A stretch of 64,000 bases of DNA from an uncultured Pyrinomonadaceae bacterium. GTDB lineage: Bacteria; Acidobacteriota; Blastocatellia; Pyrinomonadales; Pyrinomonadaceae. The position numbers and the translations under genes are program-made. Below the pieces are notes generated by a model, which was not told the origin of the DNA, did no database searches, and saw nothing but the letters and a program-made list of their open reading frames with translations. Positions within the stretch are counted from its first letter, which is position 1. Each line of letters starts with the position of its first letter. Positions 16,208 to 25,511 of this stretch are shown here, in pieces. The stretch spans positions 201,061-265,060 of the forward strand of contig CAXSBF010000002.1 in assembly GCA_964235785.1 (NCBI GenBank), read 5' to 3'.

Positions 16208-19105
16208 ATGGACAAGCAAAATTTCTATCTGATGTTCATTTTTCTATTTTGCTTGTTTGGCACAGGAATATATGCTTTTGCACAGAATGATGTGATGATG
16301 CAGGGCTTTAATTTTTACGTTCCGGTTGATGTCGAAAACCGCAACGGCACTTGGTGGGACAATCTGGCGAGCAAATCGCAAGTTATAAAAGAAGCCGGTT
16401 TTACTGGCATTTGGACGCCGCCGCCGAGCAAGGGTTTGACGGGAATCGAAGATGTCGGATATTCGATTTACAGCCATTTCGATTTGGGCAATTACAATCA
16501 GAGAGGGACAATCGAAACCCGTTACGGCAGCCGCGCCGAACTCGAAAATATGGTGCGGGCGATGCACGCACGCGGCATCGAAGTCTATTCCGATACAATC
16601 CTGCATCACATCACAACGGATTATCGTTCGCTTGAGCCGAATCCGATTGTTAAAACTTATGTCGAGGGCGAGGCGAACGGCGGAGCGCACATTGCATACC
16701 CGACCAATCAAATCGTCTGGCGTCTTCCAAACGCTGTGCCGGGCGATTATTATTTTCAGGTAAAAGGCTACAACGTGCCTTGTTTCGCAAGTCCGACTGA
16801 ACGTTCTTACGAGATTTACGCTACCTGGACAAATCCGAATCCCGCATATCCTTTTGAACCGGATATTCAGCAAACGACACCATACCGATTCGAGACAGAG
16901 CCAAACAACGGCAACGGACAGTTCAACGCATTTCCGAATTCGGGCGGTCGTCTGTGGGCGAACATCGGAGAATGCGGCGATGTTGACGAATATAAAATTA
17001 CAGTCTTGCGGCAAGCGGACATCAATGTAGTTTTGACTTCGATGGAAGGCTCGCATTTTAAAGGCTCCGGAGACCAATCGCGCGGCTATCGCATATCGCG
17101 CGTTACCGGCGGCTCGCAGGGCGATTTAACAGGCGCGCTGCAAACTTTAACGAATACATACATCAATTATCAAAAAGATAACGGAGTGACTTTTACAGGA
17201 GCGGGCGAGCAAAATTGGATTTGGGATTACACCTATTTTCACCCGAACAGCCAGAGCGACTATCTTGAAACTTACAATGCGACGCACAGCGTTATTCCGC
17301 GTGCGAAATTTTTCGGAAACGATATAGACACCAGCGACGAGCGACCGGACGGCGGGGCAAACCGCATGAAATACTGGGGAAAATGGCTAGCCAACCAAAT
17401 CGGTTTCGACGGCTATCGGCTGGATTCGGTGAATTTGTTTGAAGAAGATTTTGCCGCGTCCTGGATAAACGCGATGCCGCGCAAACCGGACGGCTCGCAG
17501 CGTTTCGTCGTCGCAGAATACGCCACGCCGTATCAGACTACGGTTCGCGCCTGGGTGGAATCACTGCGCCGGAGCGGGGCGGACGCGAAGGTTTTCGATT
17601 TCAATTTGAGAAACGAGTTAAATCGATTGGCGAACGGCGATTCGGCGTCTTTCAACATGATGACGCTCAATCACGCCGGTTTCGTGCGCGACAATGCCGG
17701 CGGTAATCTTCCGGGCGCTAACGTCGTTACTTTTGTCGAGAGCCACGACACCGCGAGACCGGGTTATTGGGTTTATAAAGATTGGCAGCTTCCTTATGCC
17801 TACATTCTTTTTGCCGAAGGTCGCCCGTCGGTGCTTTACGCAAATTTTTACGGCACGAGATTATATTCGGAAAACGCCGAACTATACACGCCAATCAGCG
17901 TGCAGCAAGACCTTCGTAAATTAATAAATATTCGCCGCCAGCAGCTCGAAGGCGAGATGATTGTTCTGAGCGAAACAGGCAACCCGCAGCCGGCGACCGA
18001 TACGGCAAATGTTTATGCAGCCAGACGCGGCGGAAATCTCGCCAAAAATCGTCCGGGCGGAATTCTCGTATTAAACAATCACGAAACCGACACGAAATGC
18101 CTGACCGTCGATAACGCGCCGGACGGCTCGAATTATGAAAACTGGTCTAATAAAACTCTGGTCGATTTAACCGGAGCGCAAACCGCCGCGCAGGTGTCCG
18201 TAAACGGTCGCGTAAAAGTTTGCGCCGCGCCGCGCGGTTATTCGATTTATGTTCCGGTCGAATGGATGAATAATCGCGCTTCGGATTTTAACCGCGACGG
18301 CGCGGCTGATTTAGCCGTCTGGCGACCGTCGAACGGCGTTTGGTTCACGTTTCAAAATTCAAATTTTGCCGCAAAGCAGTGGGGAATTGCCGGCGACCGG
18401 GTTGTGGCGGGCGATTACGACGGCGACCGTAAGACTGATTTTGCCGTTTGGCGTCCAGGCACCGGCATTTGGCACATTGTTCGCAGTTCAGACAACTCGG
18501 AAATTCATTATCAATACGGAACAAACGGCGACCTTCCCGTTCCGGCGGATTACGACGGCGACGGCAAAATCGATATGGCTGTATTTCGCCCTGCTTCGGG
18601 CAATTGGTATATCCATAACAGCGCGGACAATTCAGACAAAGTTTTTAATTGGGGACTTAATACGGATTCGCCTGTTCCGGCAGATTATGACGGCGACGGA
18701 CGCGCCGACATTGCCGTCTGGCGACCGTCAAACGGCATTTGGTATATCGTCAATAGCGGTGTTAGCGGTTTTACATCCAAACAATTCGGTCAGGCGGGCG
18801 ACAAACCCGTTCAGGCTGATTACGACGGCGACCGCAAAACAGATTTAGCCGTGTTTCGCCCAGGCAACGGAACCTGGTTTATTTTGAAGAGTAAAGACGA
18901 TTCGTTTTACGCAAAAAGTTTTGGCACATCGGAAGATAAACCCGTGCCGTCGGATTTCGACGCGGACGGGAAAGCCGACATTGCTGTTTGGCGACCGTCA
19001 AACGGCACTTGGTTTGCGATAAGAAGCAGTAATGATTCATTCTTCGCCGTTCCATTCGGTCAAAACGGCGATGTGTCGGTGCGTTCCGCTTCGATACCTG
19101 AATAA
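16208..19105 (+). CDS. Secreted GH13 alpha-amylase family enzyme with enlarged domain B and C-terminal six-repeat FG-GAP/VCBS-like module
   Basis: Signal peptide; GH13 regions VMMQGFNF, GFTGIWTPPPSKG, DVGYSIYSHFDLG, VYSDTILHHI, FDGYRLDSV (nucleophile), FVVAEY (acid/base), FVESHDT; six D(Y/F)[15 protein letters not shown] repeats from about nt 18281. Confidence 0.85.
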   Translation: MDKQNFYLMFIFLFCLFGTGIYAFAQNDVMMQGFNFYVPVDVENRNGTWWDNLASKSQVIKEAGFTGIWTPPPSKGLTGIEDVGYSIYSHFDLGNYNQRGTIETRYGSRAELENMVRAMHARGIEVYSDTILHHITTDYRSLEPNPIVKTYVEGEANGGAHIAYPTNQIVWRLPNAVPGDYYFQVKGYNVPCFASPTERSYEIYATWTNPNPAYPFEPDIQQTTPYRFETEPNNGNGQFNAFPNSGGRLWANIGECGDVDEYKITVLRQADINVVLTSMEGSHFKGSGDQSRGYRISRVTGGSQGDLTGALQTLTNTYINYQKDNGVTFTGAGEQNWIWDYTYFHPNSQSDYLETYNATHSVIPRAKFFGNDIDTSDERPDGGANRMKYWGKWLANQIGFDGYRLDSVNLFEEDFAASWINAMPRKPDGSQRFVVAEYATPYQTTVRAWVESLRRSGADAKVFDFNLRNELNRLANGDSASFNMMTLNHAGFVRDNAGGNLPGANVVTFVESHDTARPGYWVYKDWQLPYAYILFAEGRPSVLYANFYGTRLYSENAELYTPISVQQDLRKLINIRRQQLEGEMIVLSETGNPQPATDTANVYAARRGGNLAKNRPGGILVLNNHETDTKCLTVDNAPDGSNYENWSNKTLVDLTGAQTAAQVSVNGRVKVCAAPRGYSIYVPVEWMNNRASDFNRDGAADLAVWRPSNGVWFTFQNSNFAAKQWGIAGDRVVAGDYDGDRKTDFAVWRPGTGIWHIVRSSDNSEIHYQYGTNGDLPVPADYDGDGKIDMAVFRPASGNWYIHNSADNSDKVFNWGLNTDSPVPADYDGDGRADIAVWRPSNGIWYIVNSGVSGFTSKQFGQAGDKPVQADYDGDRKTDLAVFRPGNGTWFILKSKDDSFYAKSFGTSEDKPVPSDFDADGKADIAVWRPSNGTWFAIRSSNDSFFAVPFGQNGDVSVRSASIPE

Positions 19106-19153
19106 TCCGAGAACAATAATAAGCGGTTAAAAACTTTTCTAAAGGTTTTACAA

Positions 19154-19191
19154 AAAGCTTTAAGAGTTGTTAGGGCAACTCTTAAAGCTTT
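19154..19191 (+). terminator. Perfect 16-bp hairpin downstream of the amylase gene
   Basis: AAAGCTTTAAGAGTTG / CAACTCTTAAAGCTTT with a 6-nt loop. Confidence 0.7.
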
Positions 19192-19206
19192 ACGTTAAAG
19201 ATTTCT

Positions 19207-19346
19207 AGAAGTTATCTCAAAAATACTTCTTTGCGTTCTTCGCGTTACCTTTGCGTCCTTTGCGGTTAAAAAAAGGCGGAAAAACCTAACCGCAAAGGAC
19301 GCAAAGGACAGCCGCAAAGGTCGCTAAGTGATTTTTGAGATAGCTT
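19207..19346. repeat. Nested palindromic intergenic element, copy A (outer TATCTCAAAAAT/ATTTTTGAGATA arms, inner CTTTGCG-repeat stem)
   Basis: Outer arms are 19213-19224 and 19331-19342. The inner perfect 21-bp stem is CCTTTGCGTCCTTTGCGGTTA (19248-19268) / TAACCGCAAAGGACGCAAAGG (19287-19307). A second copy lies at 37326-37465. Confidence 0.85.
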
Positions 19347-19419
19347 TTATTTATTTGATTTATAGTTTGCCCGAAGTTTATTTAAAACAAAAATGATTTA
19401 GTAATTTAAGTTTTAGAAT

Positions 19420-20625
19420 CTAAAAGAGTTTGAATTTTATCGTTAAGTATTTTTTAGGATTCTGCCGAAAATCGTAAATCAGCTTTGTGCCTTCGGTCGT
19501 GATTTGTTTTATGTCGGCGGTTGTTTGGTTGACGTTGTTATAAAGAGTTTCGTCGGTCAAAAGTTTCCCGATTGTGCCTTTGCCGCTTCGAGCGTCGTCG
19601 AGAATTAAATTGAATTTATCAGCCGACGTATTTAATTTGGCGAGCGTCGCCCGCGTGTCTTCATAAAGCTGTTCGTCGTGTAAAAGTTTGCCTGCCGTTC
19701 CTTTGCCATCCTTCAAATCGCCGGTAATAATTTTAAGGTCGTCGGTAATTCCGTTGATTTTTTCGGCGGAAACGCGCAAATCCGCAATTGCGGCGCGTGT
19801 GTCGTTGTAAAGCTCATCGTTGGAAAGCAGCTTTCCGGCTGTGCCGCGACCGGCGCGTAAATCGCCGGAAATCGCTTCGAGCTTCCCAACCGTTCGATTC
19901 AAGCTGTTGTAAAGTTCCGGGTCGTTGAGCAGTTTTCCGGCGCTGCCTTCGCCGCGGTTTATTTTATCAATCGTCGTTTGAAGTTTCGCAATCGTAACTT
20001 TTGTTTCGCCGACGGTCGCGTCCAGGCTTTTATAAAGCGAATCGTCGTTGACGACGCGCCCCAGAGTTCCTTCGCCGCGATTGGCTTTTTGAAGGATTTC
20101 ATTTGCCGGAACGGAAAGTTTATTAATTTGTCCGAGCAATTCATTGCCGGTTTCAGTGAGTTTGTTGATAGACATCGCGCTGGCTGTTTCAAGAACTTGA
20201 TTTTCCGCAATCGGTGAACCTTTTTGCGTGCCGGGCGAGATGTTTATCATTTTGTCGTTTGCCAGCAGGGAAGTCGCAACCAGTTGAGCGATGGAGTCGG
20301 TGCGAATACGTTCGTTGATTGGTCTGCCGCCGAGATTGCGGTCAACATTCATTATCGCTTCGACCTTCGCGTCTTCCGCGTTGTCGGGCGGAAGCAAATT
20401 CACAGTTTCAACTTTTCCGATATGGACGCCCGCGAGCTGGACTTCCGCGCCTTCGCGTAAACCGTCGGCATCGGCGAAACGCGCTCTCAGATGAAGTTTT
20501 TTCTCAAACGGATTAAAATCCCCCGTCGCGTTGAGAATCAAAAACGCTAACACGGCGAGTCCGAAAAGCACGAAAATTCCGACACGCAATTGGCTAAAGC
20601 CTAAATTTCTACTGGTTGGTGGCAT
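19420..20625 (-). CDS. MCE/MlaD-family protein with five C-terminal G.G..GKLL.D..LY repeats
   Basis: N-terminal TM, MCE domain (LRARFADADGLREGAEVQLAGVHIGKV), and its position as last gene of the permease-ATPase-MCE operon. Confidence 0.85.
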   Translation of the reverse strand: MPPTSRNLGFSQLRVGIFVLFGLAVLAFLILNATGDFNPFEKKLHLRARFADADGLREGAEVQLAGVHIGKVETVNLLPPDNAEDAKVEAIMNVDRNLGGRPINERIRTDSIAQLVATSLLANDKMINISPGTQKGSPIAENQVLETASAMSINKLTETGNELLGQINKLSVPANEILQKANRGEGTLGRVVNDDSLYKSLDATVGETKVTIAKLQTTIDKINRGEGSAGKLLNDPELYNSLNRTVGKLEAISGDLRAGRGTAGKLLSNDELYNDTRAAIADLRVSAEKINGITDDLKIITGDLKDGKGTAGKLLHDEQLYEDTRATLAKLNTSADKFNLILDDARSGKGTIGKLLTDETLYNNVNQTTADIKQITTEGTKLIYDFRQNPKKYLTIKFKLF

Positions 20626-20629
20626 AATT

Positions 20630-20671
20630 GAATTAAGAATTAAAAATTAAAAATTAAGAATTATGAATTTA
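20630..20671. repeat. Six tandem AT-only heptamers (GAATTAA/AAATTAA variants) in the mlaF-mlaD spacer
   Basis: GAATTAA GAATTAA AAATTAA AAATTAA GAATTAT GAATTTA, with an imperfect inverted partner TTTTTATTCTTAATT at 20725-20739. Confidence 0.8.
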
Positions 20672-20742
20672 ATAATCATTATTAAATTTTGGAAAATTTA
20701 GAATTTAAAAATCAACATTTAACGTTTTTATTCTTAATTGAT

Positions 20743-21669
20743 TCACTTTCCGCGCATAAACGTTTGAATGTATTCGTCTTTTGATGCGCTGAGTTCTTCG
20801 TCTTTTCCGCTGAAAATTATTTGACCTTGTTTTAGCATAATAATTTCAGTGTTTATCAGACAAATTTTTTCGCCTTCGAGTTCAAAGACGACTTCGCCTT
20901 CTTCGTTAACGGTCGCATATTCGGACGAAAGAATTTCGAGATTGTTCATCTCGTGCGTGACGAAAATCGAAGAAACGTCTTCCAAGTCGCGCAATTTTAT
21001 TGCCAGCTCGCAAATCGTTCGGGCGGTCGGCGGGTCGAGTCCGGCGGTCGGCTCGTCGAATAAAACAATTTGCGGGTCGCCGACCAGGGCGCGAGCGACG
21101 CCGACGCGCCGACGCATTCCGCCGGAAAGCTCAGCCGGCATTTTCTCAATCGCATCTTCGAGGTCTACAAATCTAAGCATCCGGCGGACTTCTTTTTCCA
21201 CTTCCGCTTCGTCAATCCCTTGTTCGTGCAGGCGATAAGCTACGTTATCATAAACCGAAAGCGAATCAAACAACGCGCCTTCCTGGAAAACCATCCCGAT
21301 TTTTTTGCGAACCGCCATCATTTCGATTTCCGTGTAATCGGTGATGTCTTCGCCGTCAATAAAAATCTTTCCCGAATCGGGTTTTAAAAGTCCCAAAATA
21401 AGCCGAATCGTCGTAGATTTTCCGCCGCCGCTGCGCCCTAGAATAATTTTTGTCTCGCCGCGACGGACGGTAAAGCTGATTCCGTTCAGAATTTTTTTAT
21501 CGTCAAACGAAAGGTGAACGTCACGAAATTCTATCGCCGGAACAATTCTGTCGGGTTCGTCAACCGCGTCTTCCAAATCGGTCGGTTCGAGTTCTTCTTC
21601 GATTTGATCGTCGTTCAAACTCGGTTCTTCGGATTGCTTGGCAAACATAAATTTATAAAAAGATGACAA
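20743..21669 (-). CDS. mlaF: ABC transporter ATP-binding protein (MlaF-like) with acidic N-terminal extension
   Basis: Walker [10 protein letters not shown], signature LSGGMRRR, Walker [12 protein letters not shown]. Confidence 0.85.
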   Translation of the reverse strand: MSSFYKFMFAKQSEEPSLNDDQIEEELEPTDLEDAVDEPDRIVPAIEFRDVHLSFDDKKILNGISFTVRRGETKIILGRSGGGKSTTIRLILGLLKPDSGKIFIDGEDITDYTEIEMMAVRKKIGMVFQEGALFDSLSVYDNVAYRLHEQGIDEAEVEKEVRRMLRFVDLEDAIEKMPAELSGGMRRRVGVARALVGDPQIVLFDEPTAGLDPPTARTICELAIKLRDLEDVSSIFVTHEMNNLEILSSEYATVNEEGEVVFELEGEKICLINTEIIMLKQGQIIFSGKDEELSASKDEYIQTFMRGK

Positions 21670-21672
21670 AAG

Positions 21673-22443
21673 CTAAATGTGTTTGATGTCGAAAACCGAC
21701 TGCAAAGCGCGTGAAAGGAAAAAATCGAAAATAATAACGACAATCGAAGAAATAACCACCGCGCTGGTCGTCGAACGTCCGACGCCGACCGTGCCTTCGG
21801 TCGTGCTTAACCCCTTGTAACAGGAAATGCTGCCGATTATAAGTCCGAAAAACAGAGGTTTGATAATACCGCCGATAATGTCTTCGACGGTGATACCGTT
21901 TCTGACCGAAGTCAGGTAAACGTCGTAATTCTGATTGAAAAGACCGGAGGCGACAATGCCGCCGCCGATAATTCCAAAAATATCCGACGCAACGGTTAAA
22001 AGCGGAAGCATTAAAACCAGAGCGATAATTCTGGGCGCGACCAATTTTCGATTCGGGTCTGTGCCGAGAGCGCGCATCGCGTCGATTTGCTGTGAAACGA
22101 CCATCGAGCCGAGTTCGGCGGAAATTGCCGAACCGATTCGTCCCGAAACCATCAAAGCCGCTAAAACCGGACCTAGTTCTCTAACGAGCGAAGTCGCCAC
22201 CGAGCGACCGGCTTCGTTTTGGATGCTGTAATAAGCGAGCGTCGGAAAAGTTTGCAGAATCAAAACGCCGCCGGTAAAAAATCCGGTCAGCAGAACAATC
22301 GGCAGCGAGCCGACACCGATTAAATCCATCTGCCGGATCATATCGATGACATAAAAAGGTTTTTTGAACAGTCCGACAAATGCGGAAATTATCAGGTTTG
22401 TTATTTCCTGCAATTCAAATAAAAATTTTTGGAGTGAATTCAT
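21673..22443 (-). CDS. mlaE: ABC transporter permease (MlaE family)
   Basis: MlaE-type motifs (REL GPVLAALMVSGRIGSAI.AELGSM.VSQQIDA); multi-TM. Confidence 0.85.
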   Translation of the reverse strand: MNSLQKFLFELQEITNLIISAFVGLFKKPFYVIDMIRQMDLIGVGSLPIVLLTGFFTGGVLILQTFPTLAYYSIQNEAGRSVATSLVRELGPVLAALMVSGRIGSAISAELGSMVVSQQIDAMRALGTDPNRKLVAPRIIALVLMLPLLTVASDIFGIIGGGIVASGLFNQNYDVYLTSVRNGITVEDIIGGIIKPLFFGLIIGSISCYKGLSTTEGTVGVGRSTTSAVVISSIVVIIFDFFLSRALQSVFDIKHI

Positions 22444-22566
22444 CGCGCAGACAAAGGTTTTTTAAAACTTTTGCTAAAGGTTACAACGAAGCGCGGAAAA
22501 CGACAAATAAAAAAAGCCGCGCTTTTATGAAAGACGGCTTTATAAGTTAAAAAATTAAAGTGGAAA

Positions 22567-23103
22567 TCAGTCGTTCGGACGCGCTGGCTGACCGCGAAAT
22601 TTAAGCGTCTGTTTTAAGTTTCTGACAGGATTTTTGGCGGGCTGATTTGCATTAGCTTCCATTCTTTGCATAAATTGTCCGCGCAAATCTCGAAATTTGG
22701 CAAGCTGTCCGGCGGTTAGAATTTTACGAATCTCTAATTCTTTATTAAAATTAATTTTTACCAACTCAGCTTGCGCCGCCTGGACGTCTTTCAAACGCGC
22801 CTGCACTTCCGTTTCATTAACATTATCGGCATAAATAGCTTGGTCGAGATTTCGGGTCGCATCATGCAAGCGCTGTTGAGCCTCGCGCACAATTAATTTT
22901 TTATCGGCGTTAAGTCGGCGAATTTGCTGTCGTTGCTGTTGAGATAAACCGAGTTCAGCCAGTAAATTCGGGCGACGCTCGCGGTCGCCCTGTTTGTTCG
23001 GAGCGTCCGGCGGCGGCATTTCGTCTTGAGCTTTAACAGCCGAAAACGAAATGACCATCAACAAACTTGCTAAAATTAAACTCAAAAAATTAAACTTTTT
23101 CAT
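22567..23103 (-). CDS. Periplasmic Spy/CpxP-like LTXXQ-motif protein
   Basis: The ATG at 23103 has a GAGG RBS and gives signal peptide MKKFNFLSLILASLLMVISFSAVKAQ; LSQQQ and LTAGQ motifs; helical and charged. Confidence 0.7.
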   Translation of the reverse strand: MKKFNFLSLILASLLMVISFSAVKAQDEMPPPDAPNKQGDRERRPNLLAELGLSQQQRQQIRRLNADKKLIVREAQQRLHDATRNLDQAIYADNVNETEVQARLKDVQAAQAELVKINFNKELEIRKILTAGQLAKFRDLRGQFMQRMEANANQPAKNPVRNLKQTLKFRGQPARPND

Positions 23104-23122
23104 CCTTTCGACCTCAAATAAA

Positions 23123-23899
23123 TTATTCGGTGTCTCCGTCGCCGAGCAGTTCCGCCAGCCGCAGAGATTTATCTTCTTCTTCCTCGACATCGTTCAATCT
23201 GGGAACTTTTCCGGCTCGCGCGAACGTCGCTGTTTTGCTTGCGGTATTCACTGTTTTAATAATTCGCGCACTGCCTGTTTGATTTGAATCTTTTATAGAA
23301 TTTCTCGCCGCGACCGCCGCTTTGACGATTAAACCTTTTTGGGAAACTTTCGGTTCGGAAATTATTTGCCGGTCATTATCTACGCCGACGGAACTCGCCG
23401 CGATTGATTTTCCGTCCGGTAAATTTTCTTTGACAATCGGCGAAGCAAATTCCTGCTCGACAATTTTATTATTGCCGTCGGCGATTTTGTCGTTGTTTGA
23501 AGATTTCGCTGCAAAGAATACGATGGCGATGCAAAAGACAATCAACGCAAAAGATGCCGATGCGGTTAATACCGGTGACTGCGTAAAAAATCTTCGTAAT
23601 TCTTCAATCCAAGCGCGCGAAGCTATCGAATTATTATCTAAATTATAAATTTCCCACGCATTTTTATACGGAATTTCAATCAAAGGCGTTTCCAAAGACA
23701 TAAACTCCTCGTTTCGCCATTCGATAACGGAAGAATGAACCGCGCCGAAAGCCGCGAATTCATCAGCGCAGTTTCGACAGGATTTCAAATGCGTTTCAAA
23801 AACAGTTTTTTCCTGGTCGCCCGCTTCGCCGTAAAGATAAGAAACACTCTGCTCGGCAAACGCGCAAACCGAATTATTATGATTGTTATTGTCTAACAT
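23123..23899 (-). CDS. Anti-sigma factor (zf-HC2, single TM)
   Basis: H-x3-C-x2-C motif HLKSCRNC, TM LTASASFALIVFCIAIVFF, located directly downstream of an ECF sigma gene. Confidence 0.8.
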   Translation of the reverse strand: MLDNNNHNNSVCAFAEQSVSYLYGEAGDQEKTVFETHLKSCRNCADEFAAFGAVHSSVIEWRNEEFMSLETPLIEIPYKNAWEIYNLDNNSIASRAWIEELRRFFTQSPVLTASASFALIVFCIAIVFFAAKSSNNDKIADGNNKIVEQEFASPIVKENLPDGKSIAASSVGVDNDRQIISEPKVSQKGLIVKAAVAARNSIKDSNQTGSARIIKTVNTASKTATFARAGKVPRLNDVEEEEDKSLRLAELLGDGDTE

Positions 23900-23918
23900 A
23901 GCTTTTCTCTAAAATCTC

Positions 23919-24497
23919 TTAAATGACCTCCATCGGAGTTCTTTCCAATTTCAACCGAAGCTGTTTCAGAGCCGTATACAGACGGCTTTTGATTGTGCTT
24001 AGAGGCAAATCGAGCGCGTCTGAAATTTCCTGAAACGTCATTTCCTCAAACTCCTTCATCACAACCACTTGCCGCAAATCTGCGGGCAATGAACCGACCG
24101 CTTGACGTATTATTTTCAATCTTTCGTTCTGCTCGGTCGTGCGCGAAGGCGAAAGCCTCGACGGAGTGACGAAAACCTTTTCTTCCTGGTTCGTTTCATC
24201 GTCCAGAAAACTTTCCGAGCGAGTTTTGGCGCGTCGTTTGACCGTCAGACATTGGTTGACGGCGATTCGGTGCAGCCACGACGAAACTTTTGCGTCGCCG
24301 CGAAAATTTTTCAAATTTTTATACGCGGAAATAAACGTTTCCTGCGCCGCGTCGCGCGCTTCGTCTTCACGGGCGAGCATACCGAAACAGAGAGCAAAAA
24401 TCTTGCGCTCCCATCTTTTTACGATTTCGCCGAAAGCCTCAGAATTTTCATTAACAGCCTGTTCGACTAATTGCTCATCGGTCAAGTTATTTACCAT
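23919..24497 (-). CDS. ECF-type RNA polymerase sigma-70 factor
   Basis: Region 2 (FGEIVKRWERKIFALCFGML...DAAQETFISAYKNL) and region 4 (LPADLRQVVVMKEFEEMTFQEISDALDLPLSTIKSRL); ATG 24497 preferred over the 24560 start. Confidence 0.9.
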   Translation of the reverse strand: MVNNLTDEQLVEQAVNENSEAFGEIVKRWERKIFALCFGMLAREDEARDAAQETFISAYKNLKNFRGDAKVSSWLHRIAVNQCLTVKRRAKTRSESFLDDETNQEEKVFVTPSRLSPSRTTEQNERLKIIRQAVGSLPADLRQVVVMKEFEEMTFQEISDALDLPLSTIKSRLYTALKQLRLKLERTPMEVI

Positions 24498-24731
24498 TAC
24501 TCGTGTTTGTCCGAAATTCGCTTTGCACGAGAAGTTTATCAAACGCGCCTGTGAACGCAAAAGATTTTCACATTCAAGTTTTTTAGACGCTTCGATTATA
24601 AAAAAAGTCTAAAATGTTAAAAATTCAGACAATAAAAAAGCAAGCCGAAAACAGACTCGCTTTTTTGGATTTTATTTTTTTTTAATTGAATTGGCTTTCT
24701 ATCTGAAAATCCATCAAAAAATTTACATGGA

Positions 24732-25097
24732 TTATTTGGAGAGATAACATTCAATCAGAGGTTGAAGTTTGTTAACGTCAATCGGTTTAGTTATCAAGTC
24801 TTTACATCCCGCTTCGATTGCCTGCTCGTAAATGAATTGTCCCGATGCAGTCATCGCAATAATTGGAATTTTAGACGTTTGGCTGAATTGCCGGATCATT
24901 TTTGCGGCTGTCAAACCGTTTATCAGAGGAAGCGCCATATCCATTAAAATGAGGTCGGGAGCTTGACGTCTGGCAATTTCTACGGCTTTGAAACCGTCTT
25001 CCGCTTCAAGAACTTTATAACCGAGCCTTTCAAGCACAAACTTTATAAAGTTACGAGAATCTTCAAAATCTTCAACTATAAGAATTGTTTTTGCCAT
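24732..25097 (-). CDS. Stand-alone response regulator receiver protein (paralog 1)
   Basis: 121 aa, REC only: ILIVEDFED, DLILMDMALP (phospho-Asp), IIAMTA, KP. Confidence 0.9.
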   Translation of the reverse strand: MAKTILIVEDFEDSRNFIKFVLERLGYKVLEAEDGFKAVEIARRQAPDLILMDMALPLINGLTAAKMIRQFSQTSKIPIIAMTASGQFIYEQAIEAGCKDLITKPIDVNKLQPLIECYLSK

Positions 25098-25145
25098 AAA
25101 GCATTATCACTTAAATAATAGAAACTATAAAACAAAAACAGTTCT

Positions 25146-25511
25146 TTAATGTCCGAGATATTGATTGAGGACAGGTTCGAGCGCGGCAAAATCAAGCGGT
25201 TTATTTATCAAATCATCACAGCCTGCTTCAAGCGCGAGTCTATAATAAGATTGTCCGTGCGCGGTGACGGCGATAATCGGCAGCGTTTTCATTCCATTAA
25301 AACCTCTGATGACGCGCGTCGCCGCTAATCCGTCCATAATGGGCATTGCTAAATCCATCAAAATGAGATCGGGATTCTGTCGACGGACTGTTTCTATCGC
25401 TTCTTGTCCGTCCGCTGCTTCTAATGCTTGATAACCGTAGCTTTCTATTAAAAACTTCATGAAACTACGAGTGTCAGCGTAATCCTCTACGATAAGAACT
25501 TTTTTAGCCAT
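25146..25511 (-). CDS. Stand-alone response regulator receiver protein (paralog 2)
   Basis: 121 aa, REC only, colinear with paralogs 1 and 3. Confidence 0.9.
   Translation of the reverse strand: MAKKVLIVEDYADTRSFMKFLIESYGYQALEAADGQEAIETVRRQNPDLILMDLAMPIMDGLAATRVIRGFNGMKTLPIIAVTAHGQSYYRLALEAGCDDLINKPLDFAALEPVLNQYLGH

Noticed and set aside
16244-17077. 277-aa ORF antisense to the amylase gene (also 6802-7449, 13853-14341, 26514-27386, 30887-31408, 51882-52448)
   Set aside because: All are shadow ORFs opposite strongly supported genes. Their compositions are dominated by Arg, Ser and Cys, with no domain signatures.
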